IMG/VR virus record: IMGVR_UViG_2690315992_000010
Length of the DNA: 35,687 nt
Reading direction: 5' to 3' (one strand)
From: a virus
Taxonomy: Duplodnaviria; Heunggongvirae; Uroviricota; Caudoviricetes
Shown: one piece after another, positions 18,801 through 27,809 of the stretch
Layout of the letters: every line of letters starts with the position of its first letter
Position numbering within the stretch: the first letter of the stretch is position 1
Notes under the pieces: model-generated
The model's input: the letters and a program-made list of their open reading frames with translations, nothing else
What the model was told of the DNA's origin: nothing
The model's database searches: none
Translations under genes and position numbers: made by a program

Positions 18801-19229
18801 ATTTTTATTAGCGTTGATGGTATCCGACAATTCAGCTTTAACACCAGCAAGATCGGAAGCAGCTTTATTTTTATTGGCCTCGATTGTCGCGTCGGTTTCG
18901 CGTTTAATTACATCAACTTTATTGTTAATTTCTGCGTGATTTGCTGCGATGGTTGCATCAGTAGTTTGTTTAATTTCATCTACTTTAGCGTGAATATTGC
19001 GGTCGTTTGCTGCAATTGTGCTATCTAATTCTTTCTTGTTAGCATCAACTTTAGATTCTAGTGCCGCGTGAGTTTCAGGAGAAACAGAGATTTGAACTAC
19101 TTCATGATCTCGGTCTTTGGTAAAAATAACATGGTCTTTAAGGTTGATTGCTACCTCACCGACCTGTAATTGTTCCGGCGTTGGTTTTTTGCCAGAAACA
19201 TTAGTTCGTTTAAATTGGATTGATTGCAT
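15804..19229 (-). CDS. long (side) tail fibre with C-terminal intramolecular chaperone / S74 autoproteolytic domain
   Basis: 1141 aa; N-terminal ~33-aa repeat units (DxTIAAN...KVDxIKxxTD); C-terminus ...GRELGVIAQDVEKVMPEAVHV...TISVSSINALFVKAFQEL matches the chaperone domain of endosialidase/L-shaped-fibre type proteins. Confidence 0.8.
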   Translation of the reverse strand: MQSIQFKRTNVSGKKPTPEQLQVGEVAINLKDHVIFTKDRDHEVVQISVSPETHAALESKVDANKKELDSTIAANDRNIHAKVDEIKQTTDATIAANHAEINNKVDVIKRETDATIEANKNKAASDLAGVKAELSDTINANKNAAAVATQELDTRINKKVDDIKSRTDATIASNHKAINDKVDLIKAETDRTIAANQAYAENQLTDTYNNLTGVIAANKQEAADSVAALTRDVEAKNTAIHSKIDNNKVYTDSELARLESRIDAADGSADGKYIKKHVNTYTDGYLLSKTANYFDDPNARNLDYFGAFRMNDLAGHIAMILHVPHPSGVNHARGFEFTYGSNPHATVRTYGYDELGNLSYSHRMYHEGDKPTPAEIGAYSKAEIDRLFQKTLNFGIEGGWFKLGSLTLPQQHGRSAKIRLVGGNGYNVGMNGQANIIELVIRCGNNSPKGVVFNAYYSIWYHEQHFCAIPTDGDNYDLYAYYGAHTGFVLAEYQVSSGGVSLNLLDTPEYLGGEKPVADEIFDALNISSFNNVSNRGTLNFAGNHQGQYDIEHMNEQQTNSKKMLRRFRSSAPATIWHESVDDQNYRLATGYDDVNQQLLLSAATGLHVKRLTLDGGVGNAGIDIRRGPNESSHFNFMDYRTGQDVRNGWFGFGDLTTKDFIWWNDNGQNSINLIEDGELHITGGKGQKIVMNSEVALSENARLAVKGGNYGLMLRNDGSSFHILTTDLKDSFGSWNNRRPFSYDFADGGLYLGGTATARCLHLGIDGSTRLEDNLFFKAGSRQSMDYMELVHWGASNTGRNNVLSLRDSKGFLAEFERLWDNTTKNTFFGKMKINRGSDAIIMNAESGDSSVYLLGTCADNNNWYIGKGGGDNGLAFYSYATNAAINLTNAGDIALSPKGVEMVHVNNARLYVHGERWTASQPGDWGNQWRVEAPIFVDHGYVGQDCYYPIVKARSLITNQGYTTAVDFGMRRIPNNWGQAIIRVGSAENSPDNGHPQAVFEFHHDGFFYTPGNGSFNDVHIRSDERLKINKEELEEGALDKLNSLTVYSYDKVKSLSDDTVVGRELGVIAQDVEKVMPEAVHVCSDGDTENPGEIKTISVSSINALFVKAFQELTTKYDAMNEELKAVKAELAAIKSCK

Positions 19230-19302
19230 CTAATCACCTCACTATAAAACAGGAATAAGGGAGGCGTTAACCTCCCGCGTCATGTTTTATTTAGAGAAGC
19301 AA

Positions 19303-20136
19303 TCAGTATTCCCCGAAGTCGATCCGGTCATGGATAGAAACGGCTTCAATCTCGGCTGGTGTCGGTTTTTCTTCTGTGGAATACACTTTCACCCATCCCG
19401 AATTACCGTCTTTCTGGACTGTGCGAACTCGTAAACGTGGTGCGCCGGAAGCGGTGCAAGTTAATTGCCATCCACCATCTTCATTAGGTTGAGCGTGAAT
19501 TAGTGAAGTATCAGCACTAAATGGATTAGATGCGCTCGATCCCTGATAGGTCACAAAACGGTTTCCGGTTAATGCTTCGCTATCAATCGGACCAGTGAAT
19601 GGATTTACACCAGCACCCAGACCAAAATCACCCTGACGTAAGATCCGACCTTCGGTTGCAATACCACGATCCAGAATCCCGCCATCAGGTTCTAATTTAA
19701 ACTCGATTGTAGTAACTTTGTTATCGCCGGATTTTGTTTTATGTGACGAGACGAAAGCGTCAAAGATGACGTAGTAACCTGTGTTAGCAGCACTGTAACC
19801 AGAGTTCACAACATAGAACATACGAAAGCGTAAAGGAGTTTTATCATTCACCGCTTTCATCAACATGTCTTGATGTTCGTCATCCAGAACACGGTTTACT
19901 ACTAACGTAGTTGATTCAAGTTTACGATAACCAGAAAGTTTCCCCGTAGCGTCCTGGTCATACTCTTCTAACGTCTGTATCTCTGTAGATTCGGTTATCG
20001 TCGGGAATGCTGCGATGTTCTCGATAGGACTAAATGCAGGATCGAAAAAGTCCGGCTGGTTATCGACCATAGTAGAAACGGAGACTTCAACATGCGACCC
20101 CGTGAAAATGTCTAAGTTATCTTGTGTAATATTCAT
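19303..20136 (-). CDS. virion structural protein (neck/tail; possible tube-like fold with extra C-terminal domain)
   Basis: 277 aa; position between head-tail connector genes and fibre gene; moderate codon bias; shares KPTPAEI motif with the fibre protein. Function uncertain. Confidence 0.35.
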   Translation of the reverse strand: MNITQDNLDIFTGSHVEVSVSTMVDNQPDFFDPAFSPIENIAAFPTITESTEIQTLEEYDQDATGKLSGYRKLESTTLVVNRVLDDEHQDMLMKAVNDKTPLRFRMFYVVNSGYSAANTGYYVIFDAFVSSHKTKSGDNKVTTIEFKLEPDGGILDRGIATEGRILRQGDFGLGAGVNPFTGPIDSEALTGNRFVTYQGSSASNPFSADTSLIHAQPNEDGGWQLTCTASGAPRLRVRTVQKDGNSGWVKVYSTEEKPTPAEIEAVSIHDRIDFGEY

Positions 20137-20145
20137 TATTACCCC

Positions 20146-20568
20146 TTAAAAACGCGCTACATAAGAAAATTTAAGGCTAAGTGTCCCAACGATACCCCCA
20201 TCACTAGAATCATCGTCATAATCGGTATTAGAAGCAACTGGAGTGATATCTGAAATAGAGAAGCCCAAATCTTTAAATCGTGGGTTATCCGGCTGAATCT
20301 GGATTATCTGGCAAATACCCTCATGAATTTTGGTTTCATGATTCTGAGAATACAACTGCATTTCGATAACGCATTCAGCTTGCATTGCATTACCACCACG
20401 AACACGCGTATAAGTCTCATTCATTCCAGTAATCCAACAAACCACGTCATCACTAAAGCCTTGCTGAGTTTGTTCTACGTTTAAAGCCAGACCTAAATCT
20501 TGTTCGATAATATCCTGCAAGGCGCGTTTGATTTTCAGTCTAGGCATATTATTAACGGTAGCGAGCAT
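20146..20568 (-). CDS. head-tail joining / tail terminator-like protein
   Basis: Synteny only. ATG 20568 preceded by GGGGGT RBS; track start 20649 is GTG further upstream. Confidence 0.35.
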   Translation of the reverse strand: MLATVNNMPRLKIKRALQDIIEQDLGLALNVEQTQQGFSDDVVCWITGMNETYTRVRGGNAMQAECVIEMQLYSQNHETKIHEGICQIIQIQPDNPRFKDLGFSISDITPVASNTDYDDDSSDGGIVGTLSLKFSYVARF

Positions 20569-20842
20569 GTGTACCCCCTGCACGAGCAATAAAGCAATCA
20601 GAAGTATTATCACCATTGCGCTTAACGTATTGAACTTTGAAGCGTTCACCGTCTACAATGACAACATCACCCTGATTTAAGTTTCCCTCACGACAAAATA
20701 GAAATTCTGATTCTGTAATTACCCCCTGTTCGTCGGTAGTAGTAATTTCATGGTAAGCACGAATTGATTTACCACCTTCCACCGAAAATACAGGAGCACT
20801 TTTAAACATTCTTGATAATTGTGATTCTGATAATTTGAACAT
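20552..20842 (-). CDS. head-tail connector / head completion protein
   Basis: 96-aa ORF immediately after capsid gene terminator; synteny only. Confidence 0.35.
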   Translation of the reverse strand: MFKLSESQLSRMFKSAPVFSVEGGKSIRAYHEITTTDEQGVITESEFLFCREGNLNQGDVVIVDGERFKVQYVKRNGDNTSDCFIARAGGTHARYR

Positions 20843-20872
20843 AGTTACCCCCTTTATGGAGTATTTACATAC

Positions 20873-20899
20873 AAAAAAGCCCCACCGTTAGGCAGGGCT
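20873..20899 (-). terminator. terminator/attenuator downstream of major capsid gene
   Basis: Minus-strand AGCCC...GGGCT hairpin followed by TTTTTT. Confidence 0.45.
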
Positions 20900-21036
20900 A
20901 ATTATTATTTTGCTTTAGTCTTACGTTCTTTTTTAACTGTGGCTTTCGCCGTAACCGTCTGGGAATCTTCTTCCGGTTCAGGAATCAGATTATCTTCCCC
21001 CAAATCGGGGGAAGGAACAGAAGGTTCTACGTTAGT

Positions 21037-23046
21037 TCATTCAGAGATATGAAGAACTTTCAGAGCTTCCGGCTGGGTTACAACGTAATCCAGATCTACC
21101 CAGATACGCGGAACAATTGCGGACTGTGCACGGTAGGTGGTGTCGTCCATATCCAGTTCCAGACCGCCCCACTCACCGATAGTAATACCGGAGAAGTCAC
21201 CCAGAACGATGTGGTCTGCCGGAATAACACCAGAAGTAACTACTTCGTAACCAGCAATTTTGCCGTTTTCCAGAATGAAGCCTTGAGCGTCACCACGATC
21301 AGATTTCGGGGTAGATTCCAGTTCAGCAGCAGTTGCACCGCTCATTGCAAACTTGATCGCCTGAGCAGGAACGCCAGCGTCGGTCAGTTTAGCAATTTCT
21401 TTCAGGAAGTCTTTGTAGGTGAAAGCAGCTTTCTTCTCAACGCGGCTAGCGTCTACCAGTTGTTTAACCAGACCAGCCGGACCACGATCGTTAGCTTTAT
21501 CAGACAGAATCAGTTGTTCCAGTTTGATACGAACAGCCTGGTTGATGTGATCAGTGATCAGGGTAGCGATACCCGGAACGGTTTTAATGCTCTGACGGCT
21601 GATCGGGTTGCCACCAGCAAAAGTCTTAGGAGACAGTTTCACGTTTGCAAATTCAGCTTTGCCTTCCGGTGCAGCACCGTTTTCATCAACGAAGCCGAAA
21701 GCGTCAACGCTGGATTTAGTCATTTTTGGAATAGCGGTCGGAGCAGTCAAGCCACTGTAAACAGTCACACCCAGACGACCCAGAACGGATTCCGGCATCA
21801 GCATTTCGATGTAGGATTCAGTCATCAGTTTTTCATCGGTGATAGCAGTCAGGTCAGCTTTGGTGTTACCAGCAGCAGCAGCACGCATAGCAGCAGCCGG
21901 AACGAATACAGAGCCACCACGAGCAGCACGACCACGCTGCATAGTTGCAGTAGCAGCCATTGCAGAAAACTCGGCTTCGTTAGCACCCAGAGCTTCACCA
22001 TCTACCAGAGAGCGAATTACGTTGTTCAGGTCAAAAGTTTTTTCCATTTTAGAGTCCTTAATTTGTTGTTCGTTATTACGTTGAGCATTGACGAGATTAT
22101 TTAGTGCCTTAGTGCGGAATGCTTCCGGCGTCATGTCTTTAATTGCCAATGCGCGTTTTAATTCTTCGTCGTCAATATTTAGTTCCCGCGCGATCTCGCG
22201 GATTTCTAATTCGTCTTCTTCGGAACGTTCAGCCACTTCCTCGGTTTTTTCTTCTTCAACCGGAACGGCTTCACGTTCTTCTTTTACTTCTTCTGTTTCC
22301 CGAACAGTTGAACTATCATCATCAACACTTTCAGGATGTTCAGCGTCTTTTCCGTCTTCGAGATTTTCATCTTCTTTATTCTCTTCAACTTGGCGCTCTT
22401 GAGTTTCTTCAACTTCCGATTCTTTATTTTCTTCTACCGGAGTTTCTTCAACCTGAGCGGGTTCTTGTTCTTCTTTGATTTCTTCGATTTGTTCTTTAGT
22501 CATATCGCGTTTAGCCTCCAAATTAACTGTGATAGTATTTAGAGAGCGATTTAAACCGACCGAATCGTCCGCCGGGACCGTAACAAAACTTAATTCGAAA
22601 GGAACAAACTTAGTAACAATCAATTGTCCTTTGGCATAATCGATGTGATATTCTTTAATGTCATAACCGACAGAAATTTTTTCCATCGTACCTTCAATGA
22701 CTTTATTACGAATATCATTAGCCAAAGTGCCATGCTTAGAGAATCTAACGGTCGCACGGCCTACTTTATCCGCATCGATTCGAGCGTTACAAACGACACC
22801 TAAATGATTATCGAAATTATGATTAAACAGCAACGGAGCGTTATTATTCAGACGAGACAGATCAACCGCTTCCGGTGTATGTACCAGAATTTCATCTAAT
22901 ACCACCATTTCTTGATTTTGCTCATCCCAGAATTGGCGCTGATAAGGCTGTTCACTGGAGAAAGCAATTTCAAATTCGTATTGATCGTTATGCCCTTCGT
23001 TAATAACTCCACCGTAACCGTTAAGTTCGCGGCGAAATTTAAGCAT
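21037..23046 (-). CDS. prohead protease - acidic scaffold-like linker - major capsid protein (single in-frame ORF)
   Basis: N-terminal ~170 aa has prohead serine protease-like motifs (LLFNHNFDNHLGVV, ISVGYD, FELSFVTVPADD); ~150-aa Glu/Lys-rich linker; C-terminal ~336 aa strongly codon-optimised capsid-like domain. Internal ATG near 22047 with AAGGA RBS. Confidence 0.75.
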   Translation of the reverse strand: MLKFRRELNGYGGVINEGHNDQYEFEIAFSSEQPYQRQFWDEQNQEMVVLDEILVHTPEAVDLSRLNNNAPLLFNHNFDNHLGVVCNARIDADKVGRATVRFSKHGTLANDIRNKVIEGTMEKISVGYDIKEYHIDYAKGQLIVTKFVPFELSFVTVPADDSVGLNRSLNTITVNLEAKRDMTKEQIEEIKEEQEPAQVEETPVEENKESEVEETQERQVEENKEDENLEDGKDAEHPESVDDDSSTVRETEEVKEEREAVPVEEEKTEEVAERSEEDELEIREIARELNIDDEELKRALAIKDMTPEAFRTKALNNLVNAQRNNEQQIKDSKMEKTFDLNNVIRSLVDGEALGANEAEFSAMAATATMQRGRAARGGSVFVPAAAMRAAAAGNTKADLTAITDEKLMTESYIEMLMPESVLGRLGVTVYSGLTAPTAIPKMTKSSVDAFGFVDENGAAPEGKAEFANVKLSPKTFAGGNPISRQSIKTVPGIATLITDHINQAVRIKLEQLILSDKANDRGPAGLVKQLVDASRVEKKAAFTYKDFLKEIAKLTDAGVPAQAIKFAMSGATAAELESTPKSDRGDAQGFILENGKIAGYEVVTSGVIPADHIVLGDFSGITIGEWGGLELDMDDTTYRAQSAIVPRIWVDLDYVVTQPEALKVLHISE

Positions 23047-23092
23047 TTAATCACCTTTAATTAATTGGGGGCATTGCGCCCCCCGTTGGTTA

Positions 23093-24604
23093 TTAGGGAT
23101 CGGCTGGGGAATTTTTTTCTTCACCCTCGCCATCAACGATAATATTTAGTGCGCTTTTTTCGGCTTGAATCTCTGAGAATACTTTTTCAGGATCATCACC
23201 ACGTTCCAATATAACGGCAGTACGTGATTTAAGTCCGTTATCAATTAAAGCAATCTCGGCGCTTACGTCTTTAAATGGATCGACGGATTCAAAACGCGGA
23301 CGAATAATAGTAGTGTTATCGATAATATGCGGAATTGCAGTAATACGAATCGGAACAATACCACGCGCGGAATAATGGCGTAGATATGCTTCAAAAATTG
23401 GCAATACCACTGTTTCAATTAATTTGTTTTGCAGTGCTTTAACTCGTGTGCGTTGAAGCAATTCGCCGTAGCGGGCTGCGCTGTAGTTGATCTGGCTGGT
23501 ATCACCAGTTAAGCCCTGTTTAAACACGCCTAAGCCCATTGATACGCTAGTAAACATCGCATCATTGAAGCTGTTAAAGTCATCGCCACTTTGGGCGCTC
23601 TGAATTGACTTAATCGTTGCCCCTTCCGGCAATTCCTGAATAGTACCCGGTGCAAAGTCCTGTACTACTTCCGGCGCTTGATATTGTTCATCCTCTTCAC
23701 CAGTATCAAAATCGTCACCAGAATCTTTCGGACGTTCGATAAAGCCCATAGAGCTAGCTGCAATGCGTTTCTGGATGATCGCAGTTTCGCGGAATGCATC
23801 TTGATGTGCGATATCCTTAATCACTGGCAGGAAGTCAGTCACACCACGCAGGGATTCGGCGGTAAGCGGTTGATAATAATGGCATACTTGCGAAGCATCG
23901 ACGCGATAGTTATCACCAGTGTAGGTCTGAGTCAGTAGGTTGACTTTACGAAACCAGTATGCCACGGGCTTCATCGTTTCTACGGCATACTCCACACCTT
24001 GATATATCGCACGTTCTTTGCTCACTTCACGGTTGAGAGTCCAGTCGCACTTATCAGCAGACAGGATAGAAACATTTATCTCATTGTTTTCTTTAGTTAA
24101 AACGATGAAACACTCACCACCCATAACGCGCTCACGTTCAGCCATTACCAGCAATTCACGGAAGTTAAAGCGACCGTTACGAGAGAAGCGTTTAGCATTC
24201 TGCGCCCACTTCCAGAAAGCATTCTCGATCTGCTTATTCAGTGCGCTATCAAGTTTGCCATTTGATTTAACGATTGACGGCTTCGGATCTAGGCCAGTAC
24301 CTACCACCATATCGGTGATGTATTGCGTGTATCGACTGCCTACGGAAGTGTTTAAGGCCAGAGTACGCCCCTGATCATAAAGGCGCTTACCGTTCGATTT
24401 GAGAGCCTTATTGAAGGTTCCGGTAATGGTGTCTTGTTGAAGCTGTCCATCAATGCGATCACCAACCAGACCTAAACTACGAGTCGCCAGAGATTTCTGG
24501 AATTTTTCTACTTGTTTGTCGATGAAAATTTTTGGTTGTTGTTGGCGGTGATTAGTTTTAACTGGAGTTTCTACCGCCTTTTTGCGTCGAAAAAGATTAA
24601 ACAT
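23093..24604 (-). CDS. portal protein
   Basis: 503 aa, located between terminase and capsid genes; acidic C-terminus; portal-like QINYSAARYGEL segment. Confidence 0.75.
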   Translation of the reverse strand: MFNLFRRKKAVETPVKTNHRQQQPKIFIDKQVEKFQKSLATRSLGLVGDRIDGQLQQDTITGTFNKALKSNGKRLYDQGRTLALNTSVGSRYTQYITDMVVGTGLDPKPSIVKSNGKLDSALNKQIENAFWKWAQNAKRFSRNGRFNFRELLVMAERERVMGGECFIVLTKENNEINVSILSADKCDWTLNREVSKERAIYQGVEYAVETMKPVAYWFRKVNLLTQTYTGDNYRVDASQVCHYYQPLTAESLRGVTDFLPVIKDIAHQDAFRETAIIQKRIAASSMGFIERPKDSGDDFDTGEEDEQYQAPEVVQDFAPGTIQELPEGATIKSIQSAQSGDDFNSFNDAMFTSVSMGLGVFKQGLTGDTSQINYSAARYGELLQRTRVKALQNKLIETVVLPIFEAYLRHYSARGIVPIRITAIPHIIDNTTIIRPRFESVDPFKDVSAEIALIDNGLKSRTAVILERGDDPEKVFSEIQAEKSALNIIVDGEGEEKNSPADP

Positions 24605-24614
24605 GATTTACCCC

Positions 24615-25109
24615 TTATCGCGTAAGACGTAATTTGATATTTTTAATCGGGCTAATTCCCTGTTTACGTCGTTCGGCTTGAATTAATTTTGATAACTGAC
24701 GTTCATAATCGACTTTTAGAGTCTGGAGAACAGCCAATGACTCATAGGCGAAAGTATTCCCTTTCACTGTCATTGCTGATAATGCGGCTTCGTCCCCAGA
24801 TAAACGGGCGAAAATAACTTGCTCGATTAAGGCGATAGTTTCCCGCAGATAGTCTTTTTTGGAGATTTTGGCGAATACTGGCAAAACAGTTAATTCCTGC
24901 ATTGATACCAGTTCTTCTTCCAAAGTGGTTACGATGGTATATTTACCTTCGGCAAAATCTAAGGTTTTAATCTCGTGATTAGCCGGAGTGTCATCAACCT
25001 GATAAATGATACCTTTACTATTTCCTACCTGAATTGTTACACCCTCTTCATTCGCCAGCGTGATTTTTTCACCTTTACGAATTACTAAGGGAATTAGTTC
25101 TAAACTCAT
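24615..25109 (-). CDS. hypothetical head-assembly protein (between terminase and portal)
   Basis: 164-aa ORF; synteny only. Confidence 0.4.
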   Translation of the reverse strand: MSLELIPLVIRKGEKITLANEEGVTIQVGNSKGIIYQVDDTPANHEIKTLDFAEGKYTIVTTLEEELVSMQELTVLPVFAKISKKDYLRETIALIEQVIFARLSGDEAALSAMTVKGNTFAYESLAVLQTLKVDYERQLSKLIQAERRKQGISPIKNIKLRLTR

Positions 25110-25181
25110 AATTACCCCTTATTTAATTGTTATTGGATTAACAATATTTAGGGGGAGGCCGCCCCGAAGGACGGCGAGTTA

Positions 25182-27086
25182 TTAGAACGATGTTACCCAG
25201 CTACGGCCTCTATTTGGGCGTCTGGCGATGTTTTTACGTTGTGGTCGTGTGATTGGCTTATTTTCTTCGATTTGCTCGTCAGATTGCGATTTAGGAGCTT
25301 CTACGGATTCTTCTGGTTCACGGTTCAAACTATCTTTGATGGCTTCGAGTTTTTCCCATGACATTTTATTGAGTACATGGCGATAACTAGCCACCGCATA
25401 GGTTAGGCAGTCCAAGCCCTCGTTGCGTTGCTGACCAACTTTTACCCAACGTGTGGTATTACCCTGCCGTTTCAACTGTTCAGATAGCAATTGCTCGCAG
25501 TAGTCATCAGGAACGTCACCAATCTGGAAGACCGTATGAGGATCGCTGTCTCTCAAGTTCCGGTTAATCATTTCACGGATCATCGTCTTAAGGTTGTTTA
25601 CGCCCAGAATTTTAAGGGTAAAACCGCCCGTTCTTGTGTCTTTTACCGGAAGGATTGGAGCATCAACATTACTTGCGCCCTTAATGGCGCATAGATTTTG
25701 CCACCTAGTGCAAAAGCGGTAGATCACTTGCGTAGCTCGTCCGTTTGATGAGTCCACGAAAGCGGATAGCATCGGGATTCGTTGACCGGATCGGGTATAG
25801 AATTTTGCTTTCAGGAAGTTGTAAAGCTGGTCATATGCTGGTGATTCGTGGCGTTCGCAGTTCACATCATAGAATGATCGGTGATCAACTACGCATATCC
25901 CTTTACGAGAGATACCCAGCAAGGTAGATTCCAGACGGTCTTTTTGCTGGTCAACTCCACCTACCAGAGCCAAAACATCATCAGGAATATTATCTAAGCT
26001 AATGTCAGTTTTCAGCGTTTCCAGTTCGTCGGCTGTGCGGTCTTCGTTAAGATCATCGAAGGTTTCACCGAGCACCACATTATAGAACGTTGCCAGCGAC
26101 ATATTCGCGTAGCTATCAGCAAAGTCCACCACACACGCACGGATAGAACTAAACGGAGACATAAGGCGGTTAGCATGAAAACCGATTACTTCCGCATTTG
26201 GTTCGGTGGCGACCCATTCTCCCTGAGCAACAGCACGGAGGCGATCTGGTTCTGACCAATCAGTTTCACATGACGGGCAACGGTAAACGGCTGTGTCTGG
26301 ATTCGGCAGTGATTTACCATTGATTACATGCCAATCAAAGAATACTCTACTCCATTCCATTACGTGTTTGTGTCCGCAATGCTGGCAAACGACGTGGTAT
26401 TTTCTTTTATCCGAGAGTTCCCATTGTTGGTTTATCGCCCCATCCCGCGAAGTTGGAGTAGAAGCAATTACGATCCTTGCATCATCACCGAAAGTGGTTG
26501 CGCGTTGTTCCGCTAGCTGGATCGGGTTCCCTTCGTCTGACTCATCAGCCGCATCAACTTCATCAAGAATAATCAAAGGTAGTGTTTTACCGCGAAGATG
26601 TGATGGACTATTCAACGACATGAAATACATGAATGATCCGTTACGAAGCTGAATAATCGATGAGTTGTTAACGGCATTGCGATCTGACTTGTCGGTGATC
26701 ATCGCCTTTAATTCTGGGGTTGCCTCTAATACTGGCTTCACCTTACCCGCGATCCAGCTATTCAACTCGCGGACGTTTGCTTGCAAAACACCTATATTAG
26801 TGGGGTTGCTGGCGATCCTATGAAAGATAATACCGTTTAGCACAAGAGTTTTACCCAACTGCGCCGAGCACTTTAGCACAATTTTTCGCCTATCTTCGGT
26901 GATCGCGTCCATCATCCCACGTTGGAAAGGATGCAATTTAATTAGCGATCCGGCTTTAACACCATCGGTTGCAACTACATTAGCCTCTACCCATTCGCTA
27001 GGTTTCATGGCTTTAGGTGGGCGAATTGCAGCAGAGATATTTCTGAGAATCTTTTTTAATTTTGCCTTATTAGAAATCAGTTTCAT
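25182..27086 (-). CDS. terminase large subunit (GpA family)
   Basis: 634 aa; Walker A-like KCSAQLGKT, IASTPT motif, Cys-rich zinc-finger-like segment (CQHCGH...CPSC), size similar to lambda gpA; GAGGGTAA RBS before ATG 27086. Confidence 0.8.
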   Translation of the reverse strand: MKLISNKAKLKKILRNISAAIRPPKAMKPSEWVEANVVATDGVKAGSLIKLHPFQRGMMDAITEDRRKIVLKCSAQLGKTLVLNGIIFHRIASNPTNIGVLQANVRELNSWIAGKVKPVLEATPELKAMITDKSDRNAVNNSSIIQLRNGSFMYFMSLNSPSHLRGKTLPLIILDEVDAADESDEGNPIQLAEQRATTFGDDARIVIASTPTSRDGAINQQWELSDKRKYHVVCQHCGHKHVMEWSRVFFDWHVINGKSLPNPDTAVYRCPSCETDWSEPDRLRAVAQGEWVATEPNAEVIGFHANRLMSPFSSIRACVVDFADSYANMSLATFYNVVLGETFDDLNEDRTADELETLKTDISLDNIPDDVLALVGGVDQQKDRLESTLLGISRKGICVVDHRSFYDVNCERHESPAYDQLYNFLKAKFYTRSGQRIPMLSAFVDSSNGRATQVIYRFCTRWQNLCAIKGASNVDAPILPVKDTRTGGFTLKILGVNNLKTMIREMINRNLRDSDPHTVFQIGDVPDDYCEQLLSEQLKRQGNTTRWVKVGQQRNEGLDCLTYAVASYRHVLNKMSWEKLEAIKDSLNREPEESVEAPKSQSDEQIEENKPITRPQRKNIARRPNRGRSWVTSF

Positions 27087-27129
27087 GTAATTACCCTCAT
27101 TACGAAATATGAAGGTATTTATTAAATTG

Positions 27130-27158
27130 TTGATATTTTGATAAATACGGGTATTAAG
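27130..27158 (+). promoter_or_regulatory. candidate sigma70 promoter for rightward gene 27175 (divergent from terminase)
   Basis: TTGATA - 16 bp - TATTAA upstream of AAGGGGGGG RBS. Confidence 0.3.
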
Positions 27159-27174
27159 ATTTAAGGGGGGGTGT

Positions 27175-27780
27175 ATGCTAATTAATCAGCAACAAAGAGA
27201 TGCATTAGAATTAGCCTTTTCTTGTTGTACCGATCATGAATATCGTTTGCCAGTTAAGCACCATCACAAGAAGACTGATTACACAACATCTGGCTTTAGT
27301 CGTGAGGAAGCTAAACAGATTTTAATCGAGTTGTATCGCGATCATGGGTATACCGATATTCATAACTTCTTTAAGAAGCATCGTACATCACAGACAGAGT
27401 TTAATAGAGTTCGTGAATGGTTTGATTTTGACATTAAGCGATTCTATCGAGTAGATGACGGTCCTATCTATCGGTTGCAGTGGACACCGATTAGGGAAGT
27501 GCTTAAACAGAAGAGATTGAATCATGCCATTACACGCTATCGTAATGTGGCTTTTAAGAAAGGCTATGGTGATTCAAGGGAATTGTTTGTAGAACTCGCT
27601 AACGTGCGATATAGCCACTATTACAGGAATCCTAAAGAGTTCTTCGAAGTGCTGCGCAAGGTTGATATTAGTCGGGGTACATATTATTCACGGTTGAAGA
27701 AGTACGGGATTAAGGCAGAGTTCTTTATGTCGGTTGACGATGGAGAACTTTTTCCGATAAAATGTAAGTCCTCTAAATAA
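27175..27780 (+). CDS. helix-turn-helix protein of unknown function (paralogue family member 1)
   Basis: 201 aa; contains FSREEAKQILIELYRD and C-terminal ISRGTYYSRLKKYGI segments that recur in the two small proteins at 27810 and 31471. Confidence 0.5.
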   Translation: MLINQQQRDALELAFSCCTDHEYRLPVKHHHKKTDYTTSGFSREEAKQILIELYRDHGYTDIHNFFKKHRTSQTEFNRVREWFDFDIKRFYRVDDGPIYRLQWTPIREVLKQKRLNHAITRYRNVAFKKGYGDSRELFVELANVRYSHYYRNPKEFFEVLRKVDISRGTYYSRLKKYGIKAEFFMSVDDGELFPIKCKSSK

Positions 27781-27809
27781 AGGTGAACATTCACTTTAAT
27801 TTGGAGAAA

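Noticed and set aside
21049-22542. Plus-strand ORFs (351 aa at 21049-22104 and several 68-111 aa ORFs at 21839-22542) antisense to the capsid fusion gene
   Set aside because: They lie entirely inside a strongly coding minus-strand gene, have low-complexity Ser/Leu/Phe-rich translations mirroring the Glu/Lys-rich linker, and lack RBSs; judged spurious.
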